Positions 49,501 to 56,148 of a stretch of DNA of 64,000 bases are shown here, one piece after another. Source of the stretch: a bacterium (lineage in GTDB: Bacteria > JAHJDO01); contig JBDRTG010000027.1 in assembly GCA_043824255.1 (NCBI GenBank), positions 1 to 64,000 on the forward strand, in the 5' to 3' direction. The notes under the pieces were generated by a model. The model saw only the letters and a list, made by a program, of their open reading frames with translations. It did not search any database and was not told the origin of the DNA. The translations under genes and the position numbers were made by a program. Numbering within the stretch: position 1 is the stretch's first letter; every line of letters begins with the position of its first letter.

Positions 49501-50294
49501 AGAGATTTATTACTGAATTGGGCATAGGAATTCAAGATGATACTCCTCTATTTTCGTATTTTCGTCTAATTGTAATGAAAAAACCTTCTGGCGAATACGC
49601 AATTACTCATCGCATTACTGTAGTAAGCACAGCAGGAATTGCTAATGTTGGACAAGGGGGAAGGCTCTTTGAATATCGTAACGAGAAAATAAATGAAAAA
49701 TACAGTAAGGATTTGGAGGAGGAGTTGGAGTTTGCTGCTCTTTCTTCTTTGAAATCACAGGAGGGGTTCATTAAAAAAAATCGCAGGAGAATCCTTGGGA
49801 GCTATCTGAAAGCCCACAGGGAATTTAGCTTTGAGAAGGAAGCTTTAGGGCCGCATTCCAATGCGTTAGGAGTCCCTGACTGGGAAATTCTTTATGAGAT
49901 GGGAGATTATTTACCTGTTTTTCTAGTGGATGATCACGATAATTTGCAAAGGATCTATCATCCTGAGAAAGAAGAATTTATTTCCCTCTATGAAAATGGC
50001 AAGCTGAATTCTAAAATAAAAGTTTATAACGAAAAAGGAATAAAAATACAGCAATTTCCAATTAAGCTTTTTGAGGGAGGGATAAAAAGAAAGCTTTTCT
50101 GGCAGCTTGAAAAAGGCAAAAAATACTCCGTAAAATCTCTGACGATAGTAAAGATTGAACCTAACCCGGGTGCAGGTTTGTGGAGGCCGCATAACGACCG
50201 CTTGAAGCTCGTGGGAAGGGATGGAGAAGGAGTATGTCAGGTTTTTGAGATTCTGGGAGAATGGGGAAAAAAATACAAGAAAAAGATTATGTAA
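43560..50294 (+). CDS. 2244-aa protein with an expanded UDP-glucose/GDP-mannose dehydrogenase-like region and a C-terminal ATP-grasp
   Basis: YTPSRVDLG...VPKWVGG, AEFLKVGEN, YGGFCVPKE, GYKEDVTDVRFS; IVKAEKESGGRG, VIQE, ANVGQGG, IEPN. Confidence 0.7.
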   Translation: MFPLLKTEKVIEKKGGNVYVARREKGKIVKKFDKGKICIQIYDKFPWFSDSEVSKKGKKVQKIINFNGEILKTLERINPRAKTLLFNLAFYFEKLILSGAGENEAFGKLSVFYSSLSDKEKEIVINALGNPEIDPGNSFKDFLEKYSASPDSEKKRLIALLKARTLIDIPYDRQMAYEVEKKFEGDLPSLRLQTLNAISSTYDPSVDIRNAERVFKWCLENNKRLLVCRFGRAFYTDALLIANSKGIRREEVLEEISYLEEKFRDLCSLEKAEEIGPELQRVLNLANEEWFSLAGIQGALKELKGSLRNLETGLIEKFDKSLQLEKIRKVRSQIDTFRACVYKLEKRISQTPKFDPAFVSFISRIHELDAVNIVRVNELLDPFFGENPKMEKLILDTGHNNTISPNPGAWLPYASDWVEALPAYAHYLIVPHNEGYKVIALTEREILEIIYKTCADDWAKNIKDVIARENVSIARRLIAKKYGFKKEKEEDIIEFIKNKKKGEEVGQVAFLIEEKAESEYVKIAALQEKEGLREKVLLQLFGSMKWGSKDLENNSRTQFYASIALEKKRHLPNVNVLTTLGPTETETNIANWLEEAMTLYNIECAYNLGDKVQKKINFFREKIGEIALAVIEEEQMEGELLRVMGEQGLKGEKEDKTKVALVLTTLYPEISYKTNKKIAEKFNIKGNFSHCLRDYVGALSRFTARREVIKEGGLSKLLDDGRYRYASSGAYKRYNLIYTPSRVDLGPEIIESVQNVPKWVGGDGHIAAKSGKALYSLFNLAGVTAVNRPQIAEFLKVGENFFTRGGVYYLSLTAGANLNTLGVGDFEFFRQEWNKRGDRTVLPTGETYGGFCVPKEFSLLFAIVTRALSPETTKEIFDNFGIPEDEGLRKQLVRDLLSVLKMRRQIPEQLRWEEQAIKFLESRYSQYIPRLPQLALTLNKAGTLYEDKEVHNSYLIANWKNKKALGNEEINRSGVFDKVRLINLLINEAKKKDPEISMENLAGVMPAGYKEDVTDVRFSAGARKLEIYAGLFMHLLEDIDPEGREIYKNVMLKYPSPLDIRLVGVCTAKDMFGHVPMNFSSYAREVKEILLKEGYNEKWIAENVENFGIDLDRWEWGNKNKKEKIKPQIEDKILFLVYGDNLAQISDGIKKRILKYGLTEETVNANAYSFGGDIRSWKGLKEKDKERLIREIGSAKHVFITEARGIYSKERYEAAIGGSDFIDLGIPDKELLDLIDNLPKLIYLMEKGDKKSLIFADGTSGARRPSFSFRYPGATEKVKELFALSENALYGCLGIGRETIHEWKKEMLEEKEDARLLLSAVSEKRLKEAELIYEKIVQKLKDRDKDEEFIRQEINAREFGVWRKYYRYASSKISAIIKGIPLKKLDFGSFLIIGGRWLLNGKVSIEELEEIRENYEFSLVQEGKKEEIGEIIAHCFKEKHIPEEEEFKEVSTGVSGSLKAVEELVLKLETKEIRRQQLELALRLNERRNAFHEEIKKPAENFDVNYRKALEQIGFGRFSEEKFGRFLALGKKIWMKIVDDFLKEDSFKNEFVQELNSTFRGGNILDTEYDSLERKGTKIFENIKNSKQNITRIAEALELLDISLLIEKTMYVNDSLEMWKAIARFFDATINNHIFDYVPYHYSAERTSAFKNWSREEIFSFAIGRHKFLHQLVLYLLRERTSLKDKSEAYKNSLLGKFDKNGNLIDSPIGVNLKNGLEKKWFSYARLRDLTTLVFDGYPLPEIEENLKLKDGVNVGIVYPLGNTTVSVALEQAPRLSSKNINLFLVPFPEIVEKKGTKFLVAKEIFFRDEKGTWILGRLNKELIIHAVWFHFTHFLRPEIEKIGMPLIQPLLWEAATYLKCDLPGMVKGSGISCPDQYNWYSSQTEKFSMKQVQEKIEKAIKNMAKKHKVLIVKAEKESGGRGSKILPVRNKEGGLNLENIKKLADLTYDLSKTDNVVIQEVIPSKVRKIYSQDSLEKIKERFITELGIGIQDDTPLFSYFRLIVMKKPSGEYAITHRITVVSTAGIANVGQGGRLFEYRNEKINEKYSKDLEEELEFAALSSLKSQEGFIKKNRRRILGSYLKAHREFSFEKEALGPHSNALGVPDWEILYEMGDYLPVFLVDDHDNLQRIYHPEKEEFISLYENGKLNSKIKVYNEKGIKIQQFPIKLFEGGIKRKLFWQLEKGKKYSVKSLTIVKIEPNPGAGLWRPHNDRLKLVGRDGEGVCQVFEILGEWGKKYKKKIM

Positions 50295-51334
50295 TTGTCT
50301 TTAATGCCTCTCAAGACACTTTTGAAGATATGCTGTTCTATTTTCACTGTGACCTGCAGGAATTTCTGCTAGAAAATCAGGACCTGTCTTCAATTCTGGG
50401 AGACGTTATTGGAGTGCATGCAGATTTTCTGGGAAAAGATTTGTCCTTTAACCGGTACTTTGCCATTAGAGATGAGAAAATCTCCCTTTTCTCTTCGAAA
50501 AGTTCAGCTTTGCCAGGAATTGTCCATTTTCTGCATTTTGACGCAAAAAACGAGATAAAGACCCATAGGCAACTTTCTTCCAGATTCAACACTTCAGCAA
50601 TCAAAATGGTTAATCCCTATAACAAAGGCACCTCTAATTGCGACAGTAAATTCAGGATGTTTGAAATTTTGAAGAGCAAAAGAATACCTACTCCCGAAGC
50701 AAAACTAATTTCGAGATTTAATAAGGGGAAGATTAATTCTTTTAAAAAAATTCTAAGCGGATTTTCTTCAGGAGAACTCTATCTCCAGCCTGATAGAGGC
50801 ACAGAAGGCAAAGATTGCCTGTTCTTTAAGAAAAGTAAATGTGCAAAGTACACCCAGAGTACCGAAGTAGTTCGATTTTTAAACTCTATAAATGAAGATA
50901 TAATTATTAGAAAAAAAGTGGGCAACTTATCTTACAAAGGAGAAGATTTTGTTTTAAGGATAAATGTCTCTTTTGACGGAGAAAGCTTTCATGCGAATTC
51001 AGGTTATGCAATGGTTGGAGAAGAAGTGGTAAGTGCGGAAAAAGGAGCTAGGAGGGAAAATATTAACAAAGTTCTAGATTTCTTAAAACTCAGAGATAAA
51101 GATATTGAGAGAATAAAAGAGACTTCATGCGATGCTGTAGAAGAAGTATTTAAAGACAGAGAGCCTCCTTTAATTGTAGGTGTTGATGTAGTTTTAGAGC
51201 AACATAGAGGATTAATTCCTTATGTTATTGATTTAAACCCTCGTCCGGTAGTAGTCGGTTCAAGAATAATCGGAAAAAACAAAATAAATCTTGGAGAAAA
51301 TTTTTGGAAAGGGGTGTTTATCAGGTGTATATAG
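50261..51334 (+). CDS. Divergent ATP-grasp protein
   Basis: CDSKFRMFEIL..KRIPTP, YLQPDRGTEGKD, VGVDVV, VIDLNPRP. Confidence 0.65.
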   Translation: MGKKIQEKDYVIVFNASQDTFEDMLFYFHCDLQEFLLENQDLSSILGDVIGVHADFLGKDLSFNRYFAIRDEKISLFSSKSSALPGIVHFLHFDAKNEIKTHRQLSSRFNTSAIKMVNPYNKGTSNCDSKFRMFEILKSKRIPTPEAKLISRFNKGKINSFKKILSGFSSGELYLQPDRGTEGKDCLFFKKSKCAKYTQSTEVVRFLNSINEDIIIRKKVGNLSYKGEDFVLRINVSFDGESFHANSGYAMVGEEVVSAEKGARRENINKVLDFLKLRDKDIERIKETSCDAVEEVFKDREPPLIVGVDVVLEQHRGLIPYVIDLNPRPVVVGSRIIGKNKINLGENFWKGVFIRCI

Positions 51335-51388
51335 ATTTAGCTTTGATTTTATGGTATTTTGACTTTTGTAACCTAACTGGAGATAAAC

Positions 51389-52966
51389 ATGGATAAGACA
51401 AAAACGCTTTCTGAATGGACTTCCTTTTTTAACTCTTCAGCTTGTAAAGAGAGATTAATATCAGTTTATGGCAATTACTCTGAGTTACTTGAAGAACGAA
51501 TCCAGTCCTATCGCCAACTTCTGAAGACTTTTGAGGCAGCGTTTGGTTCAAAAAAGCCCATTTTCATTGTCCGGATACCTGCCCGGATTAATTTAATGGG
51601 AGTGCATATTGAACACCGGGGAGGATATGTTAATTACATGACGATTGCAAAAGAGACCTTAATGGCGGTTTCTCCTCGAGAAGATGATGAAGTCCATTTT
51701 GTGAATGCAGATCTTAAATTCAGGTCATTTTCATTTGCAATAAGTACTGCTTTTCCAAAATCTGAGCGTGGCGATTGGCTTAAGTATATCAATTCAGTAC
51801 AGGTTGAACGTGGGAAATGGGATAATTACATAAAAGCGTCCTGCTTTTATCTTCAAAATTTAGATAAAAAATTGCTCAAAGGTATGGACGTAGCAGTAAC
51901 AGGTAATGTTCCTATGGCTGCTGGGTTAAGCTCATCCTCCACATTAGTAGTTGGTACAACCGAGGCACTCAATTATATTAATCAGTTAAATTTATCTAAA
52001 GATGTAAAAACCACAATGAATGGCGAAGCAGAATGGTATGTTGGTACGCGTGGAGGAGCAGGAGACCATGCCGCGATGATCTATGGAAAACAAAATTTTA
52101 TAACACATCTTCAATTTTTCCCTATCCGAGTGGAGATGATCCCGCTTCCGTCAGAAATAACTGTGGTGGCATGTAATTCAATGATTTCAGCTGAGAAATC
52201 GGCGGGTGCTAAAGACATTTTTAATGAACGTGTTGCCACGTATGAGGTTGCTTTTATGTTGCTTTCTCGAAACTATCCGCATTTCAAAAATGTCCATCAT
52301 CTAAGGGACTGGAATACGAAAAATTTGAATATTGATTTGGCAGAGTTGTATAAGATACTCAAATCATTACCAATCAGTTTGACACGAGAGCAAATCATGG
52401 AGCAATTGCCCGAGCATCGGAGAAAATTAAATACACTTTTTTCAACCCACCGAGAACCCAAAAATGGATATCAAATCAGGGCGGTTTGTCTTTTTGGCCT
52501 GAGTGAATGTGCACGTAGCGACATAGTTACCCAACTCATGCATGCTGGAGATGTTGCTGAGTTTGGAAGACTTATGTATGTCTCCCATGACGGCGACCGG
52601 GTTACTATTCACGATGAGAATTTAAAAACACATCCATTTCAAAAAGATTTTAGCAATAAGTATTTTGATCAACTCATTGTTGGTGCAAAAAAAGGATTAA
52701 GAACTGCAGAACTCGTTTGTCAATCAGGAGGTTATAATTGCAGTACTGAAGAAATGGATTTATTAGCAGATATTGCTCGAAGTCAAGAAGGGGTATACGG
52801 TGCAAGCCTGACCGGAGGCGGATTAGGAGGCATTGTATTAGTTCTTGTAAAAAAGAGCTGTGTCGCAAACCTGTTAGAAAGTTTGGAACAAAAGTATTAC
52901 CGGCCTAAAGGTTTACCTTTAGGAGCAGAAGAGTGTATTTCTGTTGAAGGAGTTTCAACGTTATAA
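51389..52966 (+). CDS. Galactokinase-like GHMP sugar kinase (long form)
   Basis: PARINLMGVHIEH, VPMAAGLSSSS, GGAGDH, GASLTGGGLGG. Confidence 0.85.
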   Translation: MDKTKTLSEWTSFFNSSACKERLISVYGNYSELLEERIQSYRQLLKTFEAAFGSKKPIFIVRIPARINLMGVHIEHRGGYVNYMTIAKETLMAVSPREDDEVHFVNADLKFRSFSFAISTAFPKSERGDWLKYINSVQVERGKWDNYIKASCFYLQNLDKKLLKGMDVAVTGNVPMAAGLSSSSTLVVGTTEALNYINQLNLSKDVKTTMNGEAEWYVGTRGGAGDHAAMIYGKQNFITHLQFFPIRVEMIPLPSEITVVACNSMISAEKSAGAKDIFNERVATYEVAFMLLSRNYPHFKNVHHLRDWNTKNLNIDLAELYKILKSLPISLTREQIMEQLPEHRRKLNTLFSTHREPKNGYQIRAVCLFGLSECARSDIVTQLMHAGDVAEFGRLMYVSHDGDRVTIHDENLKTHPFQKDFSNKYFDQLIVGAKKGLRTAELVCQSGGYNCSTEEMDLLADIARSQEGVYGASLTGGGLGGIVLVLVKKSCVANLLESLEQKYYRPKGLPLGAEECISVEGVSTL

Positions 52967-52988
52967 GCTTTTTTAATTTCTAAATCTC

Positions 52989-53016
52989 TTGCCATTAATA
53001 TAGAAATTTGTATAAT
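52989..53016 (+). promoter_or_regulatory. Promoter of the tRNA-Phe/Thr operon
   Basis: TTGCCA-16-TATAAT. Confidence 0.6.
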
Positions 53017-53039
53017 TGCCAGTGTGTTAGGTTTAATTC

Positions 53040-53112
<73 letters not shown>

Positions 53113-53122
53113 CTTTTTTTAT

Positions 53123-53195
53123 GCCCACGTAGCTCAGTTGGTAGAGCACGTCACTCGTAATGATGAGGTCACCAGTTCGACTCTGGTCGTGGGCT
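53123..53195 (+). tRNA. tRNA-Thr(CGT), CCA not encoded
   Basis: GCCCACG/CGTGGGC acceptor stem; anticodon loop CTCGTAA; GTTCGA T-loop. Confidence 0.95.
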
Positions 53196-53197
53196 CT

Positions 53198-54160
53198 GTG
53201 GATACGGAATATAAATTTATAACTGATGAGCAGGATGCCGGGGAACGATTAGATAAATTTCTGGCAAATAAACTTGATGTGGTTTCCAGGTCTTTCATTC
53301 AGAACCTGATTATTGCCAATCATGCTTTGGTAAATGGGGAAAAAACAAAGCCGGGATATTTTCTTAAGATAGGGGATAATATATTAATAACTATCCCAGA
53401 GCTTCAAGATAATGCTGAGTTAAAGCTGAAGCCAGAGAATATGGCGCTTGATATACTATATGAAGATGATAATATAATAGTTATTAATAAGCCTGCAGGG
53501 ATTATTGTACATCCTGCACAGGGAGTTGTCTCTGGCACAGTTGTGAATTTTCTATTGTATCATTGCAAAACACTGTCGGATTTGAATGGGCCTATGCGTC
53601 CAGGGATAATTCATAGACTGGATAAGGATACATCAGGGGTTCTTATTGCAGCAAAAAACAATGGTGCTCATGCTAATTTAGCAGAGCAGTTTAAGAACAG
53701 AAAAGTGAAGAAGACTTATATGGCTGTTGTAAGAGGAGTGATCCCACAGGGTGAAGGCGAGATCGATAGACCGATTGGCCGATGTGTATCGCATAGAACG
53801 AAAATGGCAATTTCTTATGTTGGCGGAAAGAGAGCGCTTACTAAATTCAATGTGATTGAACGCTACCATAAGGATACACTTATTAACGCTCATCCAATAA
53901 CAGGAAGGACACATCAGATTCGGGTTCATATGGCTTATCTTGGTTATCCAATTGTAGGCGACAAAACATACGGAGAAAGCAAAGGGTTAGGATCTAAGCT
54001 GGATAGTCTGATTGATCGTCAGGCATTGCATGCTTACAGAATTAGTTTTTCTCATCCGACTTCGAATAAGGCTGTAGAGTTCATAGCGCCTTTAGTGGAT
54101 GATATAAAAAAATTAATAGATATGGAAAGGGAGTTAGGTTATGAAAGAATTAAAATTTGA
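53198..54160 (+). CDS. rluD: RluD-type 23S rRNA pseudouridine synthase (start probably GTG 53198)
   Basis: S4 domain GERLDKFL; NKPAG; HRLDKDTSG; TGRTHQIRVH; RQALHA. Confidence 0.88.
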   Translation: MDTEYKFITDEQDAGERLDKFLANKLDVVSRSFIQNLIIANHALVNGEKTKPGYFLKIGDNILITIPELQDNAELKLKPENMALDILYEDDNIIVINKPAGIIVHPAQGVVSGTVVNFLLYHCKTLSDLNGPMRPGIIHRLDKDTSGVLIAAKNNGAHANLAEQFKNRKVKKTYMAVVRGVIPQGEGEIDRPIGRCVSHRTKMAISYVGGKRALTKFNVIERYHKDTLINAHPITGRTHQIRVHMAYLGYPIVGDKTYGESKGLGSKLDSLIDRQALHAYRISFSHPTSNKAVEFIAPLVDDIKKLIDMERELGYERIKI

Positions 54161-54377
54161 GCAGGCTCTAGACAAACTGGAAAACATAGTAAAAGAGATG
54201 GAAGAGGGCAGTGTTTCTTTAGATAAATCTTTGGAACTCTTTGAAGAAGGCGTAAGGCTAGCGAAGTTTTGCTCGGTTAAATTGAGAGAAGTTGAAAAAA
54301 AGGTAGAGATACTTAAAAAAGATGTTAATGGCATTGCATATAAAGAACCATTTGAACTGAGCGATAAGGGAAAATGA
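54141..54377 (+). CDS. xseB: Exodeoxyribonuclease VII small subunit
   Basis: FEQALDKLENIV.EME.G..SL..SL.LFEEG. Confidence 0.93.
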   Translation: MKELKFEQALDKLENIVKEMEEGSVSLDKSLELFEEGVRLAKFCSVKLREVEKKVEILKKDVNGIAYKEPFELSDKGK

Positions 54378-55216
54378 ACTTAAAAGGTTATCTATCTGCA
54401 AAAAAGAAGATCATAGACAGCAAACTTGATAAGTATATGCCGAGGAAAACTGAATATCCTCAGATCATACACGAAGCTATAAGATATAGTGTATTTTCAG
54501 GAGGGAAACGGCTAAGGCCAATCTTGATGCTCGCTGCCGGAGAGATATTTCAGCAGGAAGAGAGAATACTGTTGCCAGCTGCGTGCGCAGTAGAGCTTAT
54601 ACATAATTATTCATTAGTTCACGATGATCTGCCGGCTATGGATAATGATGAGTATCGAAGAGGGAGGTTGACCTCTCATAAGAAGTTTGGAGAGGACATA
54701 GCTATTCTTGCAGGGGATGCATTATTAACTATTGCGTTTGAAATACTGTCTGAAGAGGCAAAGGATAGCAAGCTTGCATTAAGGGTAATAAATCTAATAT
54801 CTAAAGCGATTGGCACATTTGGCATGATAGGTGGACAGGTAGTTGATATATCATGGGATAAGGATAAAGCTGAATTGCCTGAATTAGAGTTTGTTTGCAC
54901 TCATAAGACAGGAGCTCTTATTGCTGTTTCTCTTAAGATTGGAGCCATTTTGTCAGGAGCAGCTAAAAGGGAAGAAGAAGCATTGTATGAATACGGGAAG
55001 TTGATAGGAATTGCATTTCAGATTACAGATGACATATTGGATGAAAAGCAGGATAGTGAAAAAGGATTTAATTATCCTGCTTTTTTGGGCATAGAGGAAT
55101 CTGGAAAAAGAGCAGTAGCCCTAGTAGATAAAGCATTAGTAAAGCTTGATATTTTTGGCGAAAGAGCCGATATTCTCAGACAGATTGCGCAGTTTATAAT
55201 AGAAAGGGAAGAATAA
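54374..55216 (+). CDS. ispA: Farnesyl diphosphate synthase
   Basis: GGKRLRP, SLVHDDLPAMDNDEYRRG, GGQVVD, HKTG, FQITDDILD. Confidence 0.92.
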   Translation: MNLKGYLSAKKKIIDSKLDKYMPRKTEYPQIIHEAIRYSVFSGGKRLRPILMLAAGEIFQQEERILLPAACAVELIHNYSLVHDDLPAMDNDEYRRGRLTSHKKFGEDIAILAGDALLTIAFEILSEEAKDSKLALRVINLISKAIGTFGMIGGQVVDISWDKDKAELPELEFVCTHKTGALIAVSLKIGAILSGAAKREEEALYEYGKLIGIAFQITDDILDEKQDSEKGFNYPAFLGIEESGKRAVALVDKALVKLDIFGERADILRQIAQFIIEREE

Positions 55217-56148
55217 TGGATGCGAACTGGTTGAAAAAAACAATTGTATTTAACTTTATATTTTGCTTATTTTCTATTTATGCATTCGGCGAGGTGATTG
55301 ATTATATTATGGCAACAGTCAATGGAGAGGTAGTTACTTATAGTCAATTTAAGCAGCGTGTTTTTGAAATTGAAGAAGCGTATAGAAAAGTCTATTCAGG
55401 AGAGGAATTAGAGAAGCGCTTAAAAGAGAGAGGAAAATCGATACTGGATGATTTGATTGAGGAGTGTCTGTTATTGGGAGAAGCGAAAAGAGAAAATATT
55501 AAGATTGACAAAATAGAGATAGAAAAAATGGTAAATACTGCAAAAAGCAAGTTTAAAAGTTTAGATGATTTTTACGACACGTTAAGAAATGAGGGGTTAA
55601 CTCTGGAGACTTTAGAAGAGAAATATAAGAGAAGTTTAATGATAAAGAAAATAATTCAATTTAAAGTTAATTCAAAAGTAAGAATAGAGCCATACGAAAT
55701 TAGTCAGTATTATCAGACTCATAAAAAGGATTTTTCAGAACCTGAGCAAGTAAAAATAAGGCAGATACTTATCAAGATAGATGATGATGAGAAAACAGCG
55801 GAACAAACAGCGAAGGGCATTCTGGAAAGAATTAAAGGCGGAGAGGACATGGCCAGGGAAGGAGAAGATCTTGGTTTTATTAATGTGAGCGAATTACTGC
55901 CTGAACTGGGCGTGGCAATATCAAAATTAAAAGTTAACGAGATTGCAGATTTAGTTAAAACACAGACAGGGTATCATATTATAAGATTAGAAGGAAGAAA
56001 GCTATCAAAGGTGAGAAAATTATCAGAGGTTAGAGATGAGATATATAGAATTCTATTTAGTAGGAAAGCAGACAAGATATATGTTGATTTGGTAGATAAG
56101 CTTAAAAAGAAAGCAGATATTTATATTAAAAAGAATATGGGAGAATGA
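55216..56148 (+). CDS. SurA/PrsA-like peptidyl-prolyl isomerase chaperone
   Basis: Signal peptide; IMATVNGEVV; RQILI; DLGF; GYHII; parvulin domain appears shortened. Confidence 0.8.
   Translation: MDANWLKKTIVFNFIFCLFSIYAFGEVIDYIMATVNGEVVTYSQFKQRVFEIEEAYRKVYSGEELEKRLKERGKSILDDLIEECLLLGEAKRENIKIDKIEIEKMVNTAKSKFKSLDDFYDTLRNEGLTLETLEEKYKRSLMIKKIIQFKVNSKVRIEPYEISQYYQTHKKDFSEPEQVKIRQILIKIDDDEKTAEQTAKGILERIKGGEDMAREGEDLGFINVSELLPELGVAISKLKVNEIADLVKTQTGYHIIRLEGRKLSKVRKLSEVRDEIYRILFSRKADKIYVDLVDKLKKKADIYIKKNMGE

Noticed and set aside
53138..53197. ORF-track N-terminal extension of rluD
   Set aside because: Lies within tRNA-Thr
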